Shown: one piece after another, positions 52,947 to 64,000 of the stretch
Position numbering within the stretch: position 1 is the stretch's first letter
Layout of the letters: each line of letters begins with the position of its first letter
From: Setoptus koraiensis
Taxonomy: Eukaryota > Animalia > Arthropoda
Length of the DNA stretch: 64,000 nucleotides
Assembly: GCA_048013815.1 (NCBI GenBank)
Contig: CM106585.1
Span: forward strand, 16,678,001 to 16,742,000
Direction of reading: 5' to 3'
Program-made: the position numbers and the translations under genes
Notes under the pieces: generated by a model
Told to the model about the DNA's origin: nothing
Seen by the model: the letters and a program-made list of their open reading frames with translations, nothing else
Databases searched by the model: none

Positions 52947-54942
52947 AGATAGGCCCAGTTTAAAAGTTATCAACCAATTAAAACTCTCTATCTTTGTCAC
53001 CTAGCTAGCTGTTTAAAATGGGCTCACCTACAATATCGATCGTCAATGGTTCTAAGAAAGTTAAGAAAATGCATTGTTTTTACTGCCTATATTTACAGAC
53101 AAAAAAAATCCATATATATATATAAATATACAAGAATAAGAAAAACCATAAATATATATATATATATATTATCTATAAATATATAAATATATATACACAC
53201 AAGTGCAACATACTATACAAAAAACTAATCACACTTGCCTGCCTAACATTGAGGATATGATCTTATTTGTTGGCGATACCACGGCTAAGGTGTCAGCACA
53301 AAACACAACATAAGGAGCAAAATAAATGAACAGTAAGCAGCGTCAAATTGCGACGCTTTGCTCTTATCTAGGGAATAAAGAATGTTCCGCGAAGATGTAA
53401 GATCAAGTTTAGATATACACCAGCACCACCAGTGTGTCTTGCAAATAAATTGTACAAGTTTCTCTCGCTCTCTTTGCGCTCCTCTCGCTTTTTGCATCGG
53501 TCCTCCGTCAAATGTTTGTGCGCCGACGTCTATGGGGTGGCATTTGCAAATAGAAGAGAGACATCTAGACAAACAACAAAATCAATGTTGAGTGCCTAAT
53601 TGAGTCGCTTGCTCTCTCGACAGCAGAGAGCAAGGCATTAAGCGAGAAGGGGAGAGAGAGAGAGAGAGACGGAGACAGAGAGATATCTCACGCATACTCT
53701 TACTTTCTGTCTTCTCAGCACCAACCAACTACTACTATGCACTTGCTTGTTATTCATTCATTCATTATTATTAAATAAATTACTATTATTTTGCAACTAT
53801 TCTGTTCTGTCGCTGTTGCCGAGAATAGCTCATCGAGCTAGAGACAGAGTGAGAGAGCGATTGTAATAACAAGCAATTGGAGTAGCGGCATAGAATAACA
53901 ATAGTTAACAAGACACTGTCTCGCTGTCTGATACACTATACCACCATCTAATATGAGTTATATAACTTATGACTATTATGCACGATGATAATAATGCATA
54001 ATTAAAGATTTATCAACTGCCGCAAACAGCAGCACCAGCAACCGAGTGGATGTGTGTAATAGTATATGTTGCTGGCAATCATCAACTAATGAACTACTAG
54101 CGAGTGTGCTGCGCCATCTCCAGATCCAAACAGATAAAACAAACTCCAATGAATTGGATGTACAACAACAGTCAGCGATGGCTACAGATTGACGCGTCTG
54201 CTGCCGTTGCTGCTTTGTATCAATGACGACCAAGTGTGGTGAGACCGAATGCGATAGATGCAAAGGAGAAGATTAAAAGAATAAATTTGCGTTTTTCCTC
54301 CAACACACACACGCACACACGCACACACACACACACACACACACATGATATCTGATCAGATAGACAACTACTCAAACAGACTGGTGATTTTGCCATTTTT
54401 CCATTCCGCGTTGCTTTCGTTTGTCTGCGGCTCGGTGCCGTTGCCAGCCAGTCAGCCAGCCAGCCATCCTGTGAGCCAACGGAGAATGGGCCATTGCACG
54501 GCCAGATCCTCTAGGCGAGAGCGCACAAAGAGCCAGCGAGAGCCGAATGAAAACGAAAGAAAGATGCAGAATTACCATTTAATTTTCATCTATCATCATC
54601 TATTGTCGTGTGCATCTCATTAGCGCTGTTGGCTGAACTTTGCCGCGAAGGAGGCTGGCAAGTTTGCCAACAACAGTTCCTTCACTGGCCAATGTTTGTC
54701 TGGCCATTTTTGCATAGTTGTCACACCGACACCGACAACAACAGCAGCAGCAACAACAACAGCAACAACAACAGCAGCACCAACAACAGCAAACACAGCC
54801 AATGTGAGCAACAAGCTCAGATAAGACGCTGACGCAAGTGGACGCCGATACGGCGAGAGCTTATCTAGATGCGAGAGCTCGGGCGCCCCGAGCTCGCCAG
54901 CGCCGCCAAGGGCGATCGGGCTGGCAGGTTGGCAGGCTGACA

Positions 54943-54973
<31 letters not shown>

Positions 54974-57366
54974 GTAATACGGTGCCGTGGCGGTCCGAAG
55001 CACGGCCAACACTTGAGCGATCTGGCATCGGTGTTGGCCGGCAGCAGCGGCAGCGGCGGTGGCAGTAGATGAGATCTATGATGCATCTAGCCGGAATTTA
55101 TTGCAATCTGATGTACAGGCTGTTACAGGTTGTTTGTTGTGTGAAGCGCTCGGTCGGTCTCATCACGGGATCTCGCCCGTTTTAGCGGGCGTTGCGTGCC
55201 TCCTAATGGCAGCATGGCCCGACCATGATGGCCGGTCTGGCCATTAGCCATCGGCGCTGGCTGGTCGGCGGCCATCACGGTATCGCGGGCTGGCCGAGTG
55301 TGTGCGTTCATTGCTCATTGAATGTCGAGTTGTTCATTCATTGTTGAGCGAGCAGCAGCAGTTTTGAGAAATTTGAATTTTGGCATCGACAATAATCGCT
55401 CACGTTGCGACGCCGTCCGACCATGATGCAAAGCGGCCAGTGGTTGGTCGTGCCGTTGGCCGGCCAGCCGTCCAAGCGCCACCACCGACACTGACATTGA
55501 CACTCTCGCCCACATCTCAATCTCGGCTGGCAGCGATGATCAGTGCGATATTTATACACCAGGGCGATTTATACATCAGGCGATATATTTATACATTAGT
55601 GGCATCATCGTTCTGATGATGAATTCCCCACAACATTGGCAGTGGCTGGCAGTGAGCGACCGTCAGCGACTGACAGAGCGCTGCACAGTGCCACTGCTGC
55701 GCGCGCTGGACGGCGCACTGCGCCAGTGGTCAGCGGACTCAATGGCATTGAGTCCGCTGACCAAATCGACAATGCGAGCAGAGGCACAGGACACAGGCCT
55801 GGCATTTATCGGCTGTCACATGTTGTGCGCGGAGTGCGCGTAGCTCGGGTGCACTCATGTGTACAGTGAACTCTTGCTCTGTGTGTGTCTCACGGCTTGT
55901 AGACGGTCAATTAATGGTTAAAGATCGGAACACACAGCGGCAGCAGCAGCAGCAGCTGATTATGATGCAAATTGGCAACTGGACAGTGGCAGTGGCACAC
56001 AACAGTGCAGTGCACGCCATACTAGCTCGACAACTGGCGACATCATCACCTGTGCGCGAAGCGGCCAACAACAAGTCGCAACGAGCAGCGGCGAGCTGGC
56101 AACAATGGCCGCACGGCTGTGCGGCGCGCCGCTGACATAATGTCACATTGCGTAATAGTGGTCGCCGGTGGTTTAGCGGTGGCCGGTTGTAGATAAGACA
56201 TGTGGCCAGTTGGCCGGGCGCTCGGGTCGCGGCGCTCAAGTGGCCACTGGCAGCGACTGGCCACTTGTGCGGCGGCGGCTTGTTATGGCTGACGCGGCGG
56301 CCGGACAATGTCATGAACGACGACGCGAATGGAAATGGAAATGAAAGAGATGGCATGTCTATTTATCATCTCGTTGTGCTGTCATTCTGCGCCGCGCTGC
56401 CACCGTCCAGCGCTTGATACTGGATACTGGCCACTTGGCGTTGCCGTCGCTGCCGCTGTTGCGTAACAGCGGCAGCGATAGCACTGTGCTATTAGCACAC
56501 GCCAGCGCGGCCAGCAATGCATTATGTAACTTTTGTGTGTATGTGTGTTATGCAACTTGTTTGAGCTCACAAGCAGCATCAAATCGAGATTCATATCGCA
56601 TCGGATTTAGATTAAAAATTCGTGCGGCCGGCGCCGACCAGAGAGGCGGCGCCGGCGCTGCAATGAGTCGGTTGTGTAATGATGACGGCGTCCATTAATC
56701 AGACAATGGACAACGCACTTGGCATGTGTGTGTGTGTGCCATTGACAATGTCAGAATCAGGTTGCACCCTTGCCACCTAGCGAGCGATTTCGGCGGCTGC
56801 CACACAATAACATACTGGCGCACAGCGTTGGGCCGCCAGTGGTGTGTGTGGCCAGTTGGTCACTGGTGCGCCGCTGCGCTGGTGCGCTGCTGGCCAGTCG
56901 CGGCACCGTGCACCTGTTTGGCCCAATGCAGTGGCCCGACGGCCGGTTGACAACAGTGCCCGCCAGCCAACGAGCGACCGGCAAGCAAGACGCGCGTCCG
57001 CGGCTAGTACCCGGGCCGGCCGACAGACGGATAATTGCCGCCGAACAATGGGCACCATTTAAGCGCACACACACACAAGACTCTAGTGACTAGAGTCTAC
57101 TGACTGGACATTGCAATGCAATGATTGCATGGCGGCCATTGTCGTGCAACTGTGCACCACAATGGTGCCGTGGTGCGCCGCATGCGCGCAAATCAACTTT
57201 CAATGTCAACAGTGGACGCGGGCTCGCAGCCAGGTTCGCACGCCCACGAGCCTGAGAGTTCCCGTTGTGCGCACCTGTTACCTGTTGTTGCGAGCTGCCA
57301 GTGGCTTGTCTGCTCTGGCCTGTCTGCCGCTCTGGTCTGCGGCCGCTGGCGCTGTGCCGCCTGTGC

Positions 57367-57535
57367 CTGCACAACGACCGGACAGCGACTGCACAACAAC
57401 AGCGACAGCAGCCGCCACTGGACAGCGACTGGGCAAAGGTTGCACAACAGCAGCGACGCCGATTGCACAACAACAGCGACTGGCCAAAGATTGCACAACA
57501 ACAGCAACATCGGCGACGGCCGCTGCACAGCGACC
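57367..57535. repeat. Minisatellite with a TGCACAAC(A/G) core and a 51-bp higher-order period
   Basis: Cores at 57368, 57390, 57441, 57464, 57492 and 57524; the 57390-57441 and 57441-57492 spacings are both 51 bp. Confidence 0.7.
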
Positions 57536-58882
57536 GGCCGAGGCTCGGGCAGCTTTCGATTGTTGGCTGCAGTGGCGCGGCTGTTGCTGCGAACGGCGCG
57601 CATGAGCACACCGACTCACCTGTCCGCCGCGTCTGGCCCAACAAGGCCAACGCGGCACGCCCCCTCCCCAACTGCACAACTGGCCAAAGGTGAGTGCTGG
57701 CGCTGGCAATGAGCTGGCCAGTGCCAGCGGTGAGTATCATGGCATGGATAATAATAGCCGCTGCAGAGCAACATGAGCGATGGTTTGTGCGCTAGCGGCC
57801 AGAGGGCCGATAATGGCAACTGGCCAACGAGTGGCCTTATCTCGTCCCGTCGTCTCATCTAAATCGAATCTCGTTTTATGCGCTGCTGCTGCTGCAGGCG
57901 CTTTCCTCCGCACTACCTGTTACCGCGCCGCGCCGCGCGATCGCATGCGTGCGGCTAGTTACGCAACCGCCGGCCATCGAGCAACAACAGCAACAACAAC
58001 AACGAGACCAGCATACCATAGGTCCGGCGATTGCGCAACGCCGCGCTCCGGCTCACCTGTGGCACACAGCCCCGGCGCTGTGCTGCCACAGGTGAGCCGG
58101 CTTGTGAGTTTGTGAGCTTGCTGGCACAAGCACACAAACTCTCGCTCGGTGCGCAGCGGTCCGGCGCAACGCGAACGTGCGTTGGCGTTGCTCGCTCCAT
58201 CGGCTCACATCTTGTCGGCGGCTTAAGTTGTGTGTGTGTGTGTGTCTCGTTTTAGTGAGGACCGGCTTTGCGGGCAACATATCGGGCAAGTGATAACAGT
58301 TGTCGCTCATGTTGTTGCCGGCGCTGATTTGTTGCTGTCGCTCATGTCGCTGATTTGTTGTTGTTAGAGGACAACGACATGTGACCGGCATTGCGTAACC
58401 GGCGGCTGCGGCGGCAGCAGCCGAGTTGCGCAAGGGCAACCTTTCACTGTGAGACTTGCAGCAGGTTGCGGTTTGATTGCGCCAGCCACCCGAACCCCGG
58501 CTGGCGCGACCCCCCTGCGCACTGCAATAAACAGGTTAAGGTGCATGGGTCGTGGCGCACGGAGAAAGCGGGGTCGGCAATTGTTGTTCGCCGCGGGACT
58601 CTGCACCACTCGCTTCACTCGCACCGCTGGCACCGCTGGCACCGCTGGCACTGGCTCCACTCGACTTTGGCTGCCTAATCCAATGCGATTCACTTGTTAC
58701 TGCTGCACCAGTTCGGTGCATACGCATCATACGAATGCGTGTGCACCGAGTGGTGTGCACCCAACTAGGTATTACGCTAAGCCGCACAGCGCATCAATGT
58801 GCATTTGTGTGCTGTGCAGACTGTTTGCAGCGGCAGCGGGCAGTGGTGCTTCGTGCACATCGTGCATGTTGCGTCGCTGGTG

Positions 58883-58950
58883 CAGCAGCGGCACCAGCCA
58901 GAGCAGCGGCACCAGCAAGGGCGGCAGCACCAGCAAGAGCGGCAGCACCA
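58883..58950. repeat. 18-bp tandem repeat, about 4 copies (GCAGCGGCACCAGCAAGR)
   Basis: Seen directly. Confidence 0.75.
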
Positions 58951-60995
58951 GATTGGTGCATGAACCTCTTGGCCAGCGGGCGTCGGTGCATAACAATGAG
59001 CCAGCAGCGCTCACATTACACACCGCGTAATACACAGTGTGTAGTGCACACTGTGTAGTGCAGCGGGCACCACGTTCCGTGGTGCAGCGTACAGTGTGGT
59101 GCATAGCATGGTTATATAAGATATATAATGTTTTATATATTACATATAATATATACAATAAATACATAACATAGAGCGCACGATGATAACGTATACAGCA
59201 CAATGTTACACAATGTACACCAAAAAGTTACCAGTTTACATTAACAACTTTTCGTTGGCGTAGCAGTGGGTAAGTTGCCGGGAGACGCTGACAGGGCCGC
59301 CTTTGCAGCAAGTGGTTGATTAGTGTGTGTTGTTGCTGTCGTTGTTGCTTGTGCCGTTGTTGGTGCTGTTGTTGTTGTTGTTGCTGTTGTCGCTGGCGCT
59401 GTTGTTGTTGTTGTTGTTGTTGCTGGCGCTGCTGTTGTTGTTGGCTGGTGCTGGCCATAAAAGAATCCATCCGATTTAATGATTACAATGGCACTACGAC
59501 TGGCCGAGTTGTTGCTGTTGGGAGTGCGCCGGCGCGGCTGGTTTCGAAATTCGACATTCGAATTTCGAATGGCCCTCTGTTTGTGTTTATATGCGCTCGC
59601 ACCATTTGTATGTAGGCTGGTTGTTGTTAGGGCAACTGTTAGGGCGACTCTCGCAATACATGCTCACATATACGCGCATATACTGCGGGCACAAAACGTA
59701 TAGCAGCAGATAATTGAGCCAGAGCAACTGAAGCACGCAACTTGTTCTTCATCACTCAATTCTTTCCTCATGTCCGTCTGTATCCATGATGATTGCACAA
59801 CACACACACACACACACACACGCATTTTATCATCATCTGCGAACTGGCGTTTGTGCCGCTGACGCAACACTGGCACAACCGGCGAGCAAGCGACTGAAAG
59901 ATATAAAACTCAATTATTGGTCCCGAGGCAACACTCTCTCCAGAGTCCACGCCCCTCCGCTCACTTCCTCTTTGGGGTTCGTTTTTTGGCTGCTTCGTGC
60001 TCTCTCTCTCGCTTTCTCTACTCTCGCTCTCGTTGCTGTGGCGCCCGGTTCGGGCGTGTTGCGGGTCTCAGCGGCCGATTGAAAAGTGGCGGCCGCGGCC
60101 GCCGCCGTCGCCCACCAGCCGGCCCGCCGGCCGCACAACCGACGCTGGTGCGCGCACCGTCGTTGTTGTCGGTTGAATCCGCCAATGACACCAGCAGGTA
60201 ATGCGTGTGCGTGTGTGTGTGCGGCGGCGGCGGCGGCTAATAGGCGCCGCGATGACGCAACATTTCTCATGTGAATGCACACTAATAGCTGAAAGCAACT
60301 CGACGCTGTTCGGCTCGGCCCGCCAGCGCTCGGCCCAACCGGGGCTCAGCCGTTAATGGCTGGCCGTCGTTAGTGCGCGGCTCTCACACTGGCTGTGCCA
60401 GCACTGACAATTGTGAGCCAATCAGTGGGCCGAAACTTGCGCGGGGCCCGACACTTCAATCCGGCGGCGCTGGACTTCTCAGGCCTCGCAAACAATGCTC
60501 ACGGCGCACGCTGCACACCGGCCAATCTGTGCAGCACATTACCGGTGCTGGTAACGCGCTGCACAGATTGCCAGGTCGAGCGCCGTCGCAATTCGCGAAT
60601 ACGCCCGGCGCCACGGCACCCGGCCGCGCGCACTGGGTCCGTTCGGGCCAACTTTGATTTGAATTTACTTCAGCGCCAAGCAGCCTATCCAGCAGCAAGC
60701 AATCACAGCCGGGCCGGTGCCGGTCTCGCCCACAATCACGGCCGGCAGTTCGCGACGCGATTCACAGGCACCGGCAACGAGCTTTTGGGCCCACAGCACG
60801 AGCGAACGGGCCATAATTGCACTTGGAGCGGCACTTCATCAACGGCGCCACCTAATTCCCGCCAATGGGGCCCCACGGACCTCTGTTCCTTTGGCTGTTG
60901 GTCGCCGTTCGGCCGGCCCGCTGGCCGGCGTTGAATTAGCTCGCTGCAGCGGGGCCCTCTAGCTGCGAGCATTAGCTCGACATTAGCCGCCCAAT

Positions 60996-61118
60996 GTTTG
61001 GTGCCCGGTTTTTCGTGCCCAGTGCTTGGTGCCCGACGTTTGGTGCCCGACGTTTGGTGCCTGACGTTTGGTGCCCGGTGCCTGGTGCCCGACGTTTGGT
61101 GCTCGATGTTTGGTGCAG
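60996..61118. repeat. 14-bp minisatellite, about 8-9 copies (GACGTTTGGTGCCC)
   Basis: Repeated TTTGGTGCCCGACG units, with an inverted copy GGCACCAAACG at 61142-61152. Confidence 0.85.
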
Positions 61119-61408
61119 CCCGGCTACAGACTGCAAACGCAGGCACCAAACGGCGGGCCTCGTGCTGGCGCACCAGCTCATTAGTGTTTGTGTGAGCGAG
61201 CTGCCATTTACACTTTCGCCGGTGGTGCTGCCCGTGTGTCATTACAAGCGGCCGGCGACGGCAATTTTCGTTTGGGCCCGCCCATCGGAAAATGCTGCTG
61301 CTGCACCCAATTAGACCCACTCAGACAATATCCATGCATGAATGTGACACACACCTATCATTATTGACCAGTCCAGCCTCACCTGTGGGGTGAGTGGCCT
61401 CCGCGTGC

Positions 61409-61443
61409 GAGTGTGTGTGTGTGTGTGTGTGTGTGTGAGTGTG

Positions 61444-61494
<51 letters not shown>

Positions 61495-61499
61495 GTGTG
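61409..61499. repeat. Interrupted (GT)n microsatellite of about 90 nt
   Basis: Seen directly; shorter (GT/AC)n runs also occur at about 4350-4384, 15778-15818, 25915-25945, 52508-52540 and 62384-62427. Confidence 0.95.
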
Positions 61500-62381
61500 A
61501 GGGGCACGCTAAGTAGATGTATATCACAGAGATATATCAGTGTGAGAGTGGGCCAGTTCACGGTTGGACGGCGGCCAAATCATGAGCAGTTGACGCAAGT
61601 TTGGCCAGTTGTTTTGTCGTTGTTGTTGCCGCTGTTGTTACATAACAAATACGACGAGATAATAATAATAAATGTTACATAACAACAATGCTGCTAATTT
61701 GCACATCTCTATTGCCACATTTCGTAGGCCATTGCGTCAGGTAACTCGTGGCATACGAAAAGGGCATGGGCTCGACGCGCGCGTTTTGGCACTGCGATGC
61801 TCGCGACAAACGTCACAGCCAGCAAAGTCAAGCGAGCTGGGCCAATTCAAATCATGCTCGCGCAATTCATCATCGTGTTGGCGACGGGGGGCCGTGCAAC
61901 GACACGAGCAGCACGTGAACACGAGCAGTTGTCAGTGTGCAAACAATCGACAATTGTGCCACCGGCTCGCCTGCTCATGTGCGCGCGGCGGGCCCACCGG
62001 GCCAACGGCCGACAACCGGCCAACAATCAGCTGAATCAACTGGGGCCCGGCTCTGGCAACATCGCTGGCGAGCGTTCCACGGCGACCGCTGTCCACTCAC
62101 GACTGTCAGCGCGCGTTGAGTGGGGGACACTCACAACTGTGGCCAGGCACAAATTTCGGCCGGCCAGAGCGGTCAAGTTGGCCGGCCAGCAATTACGTAA
62201 GCCAATACGCGTGTGTGTGTGTGTGCAGCAGGTGAGCTCACCTTGGCGTCGGCTGCGGCCGGTTGTGTGTGTCGCCATCAATTATAGCGAGCGATTGCTT
62301 GTTATTACATAATGGTGGTTTGATAGGCAAACACTACTACTATGTTTGGGTATTGCGTAACATTGCCCTCGTATTGCGACG

Positions 62382-62432
<51 letters not shown>

Positions 62433-64000
62433 GGCACATATTGCCAACGAATGGAGCAGCGGCCACTCGGCACACCAGCGCCGACCTAATGCGAGCGTAT
62501 CATTGGACCAACCACCGACTGACAACAACATACACACATGTATTAACGTAACATGTTTCGCAGTCACTCACCGGTCAGTTTACCTGTGCCGGCATCGGCT
62601 GGCGGCGGCTGGCCAGCGCCGGGCCGGCGCCGGGCACCAACATTGTGCGCCGGCCCGGCCGCCAGCCGGTCAGCGGCGATTTGCGTGCAGCGCCGACATT
62701 ACCATTTGCGGCGCTCGATTATGTAATAATCTCTCAATGCGCTAAATGCGCTCAATGCGCTCAATGCCGCCAATGTGCCCAACGAGTGTGTGCACACAAG
62801 CGGCCATCTAAATCAACATCCTCGTGCGTGCAGCCAGTCGAGAGCTGGCTCACCTGTGCGCTGACGGCTCAAATGGGCTGCGTTTGTCAATGGGATTGCG
62901 CAATCCAAACCGCGAGCGATCATTTCAATGGATTGAATCGCGCACTGAAATAATTAGATTGGCGCACGTCTCGCAATTACGCAACATTGTGGCCAGATCT
63001 CGATCGAGTGTTGCCACCGTTTGCTGTGCGCACAATGAGCGGACGGCACATTGAGCAGCCGGCCCCGAGTGTCACTCGGTGGCCGCAGCCGGACACCGGT
63101 AGCCGCGGACAGAGCCGGCGAGCCAGCGGGCCGGCGAGACACGACGTAAGTGGAGCGATCGTGACCAATCACAATTAGACGAGACGCCGGACAGTTGCGC
63201 AACAGCACGCACTCGCAATTGTGAGCGCCGTCTGCCGGTCAGTGCCGCCGCCGCCGCTTGCCGGTCAGTCGGCGGGCTCTGTCTGGCCAGCGTGAGTGGC
63301 GATTATGGCCGCATTATGGCCACCGTATGCGGCGACACAGACCCAAACAAGCCAAACAACAAGAGTGCGGCAACAAGTGCGGCAGCTGGCAAGGCGCCAA
63401 GACGAACAATGATGCAGATAATTAGCTAATGAATGGCGAATTATGTGCGAATCGCAATGGCAATCATCTCATTTCTGGCTCATCCTTTGTGGGTTGTGTG
63501 CGCTTGTTGTTGTTTGTGCAAAATTCTAATGATTCTAATGAAATTCTTGCCATTTCTCACTTCTCTGCTGGCTGCTGTTCAGCAGCGAGGTGACCTCGGC
63601 GGCGCTCACTTGTTATATAATGCGCGCTGGCATGCATGCATGTATGCATTATGTAACAGCGGCAGCTTGTTACATAATGCAAGCATGTTGTTATTTGTTA
63701 ATATTAGCACACAATGATTAGAGCACGGGACGCCGGCCGGGCGACGACGAGCAGCGAGACGACGCGAAGCGGCGCCGCGGCGAGACGAGACGACGGAAAG
63801 CGCCGCCGCAACGAGCAGCGAGCAAAGAAAGAAAAGGTGTAATCGGCGCTCGCTCAGGTGTCGGCGTTGCGATACTCGAGCTAGTCGTCGAGCTACTCGA
63901 CGAGTCGGGCCGGCGCGACTTGCCGATGCGATTAGCAAGTTAGCGAGCCAGTTTAATAAACTGCCAAGCAGCGATATGCGAAAATTCAAATTCGCCAGCC

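Noticed and set aside
60996-61118. Possible CRISPR-like array
   Set aside because: The units are contiguous 14-mers without unique spacers, and the context is eukaryotic.
54345-63989. Dense overlapping ORFs on both strands downstream of luna
   Set aside because: This is the expected low stop-codon frequency in GC-rich repetitive DNA; there is no domain similarity and no coherent exon chain.

Overview
Eukaryotic genomic DNA, not prokaryotic: it has GT-AG introns, long microsatellites, no CRISPR arrays and no rRNA or tRNA genes that I can support. The gene set and compact, intron-poor housekeeping genes point to an arthropod, plausibly a small-genome mite (inference only). Gene order is: (1) the 3' part of a glypican (+, two exons separated by a 7.5-kb intron); (2) a complete 14-exon Ptp99A-type receptor tyrosine phosphatase (-, 11417-32626); (3) two antisense genes nested in its introns, a shortened glucosidase II beta subunit (PRKCSH) and an uncharacterised secreted prepro-peptide; (4) a tandem pair of intronless Doa/CLK (LAMMER) kinases with a near-identical catalytic core, divergent flanks and a MITE upstream of copy 2; (5) a SAMD1-like winged-helix + SAM gene (-) whose SAM exon is absent from the ORF track; (6) the KLF6/7 orthologue luna (+); and (7) about 10 kb of GC-rich, repeat-rich non-coding DNA. 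The most striking signal is at 3' splice sites. Three sites have AG-free zones of 292, 410 and 596 nt that begin near a branch-point consensus plus pyrimidine tract, implying very distant branch points and long-range scanning to the first AG. All splice models were built by hand and checked for phase, but none has transcript support.
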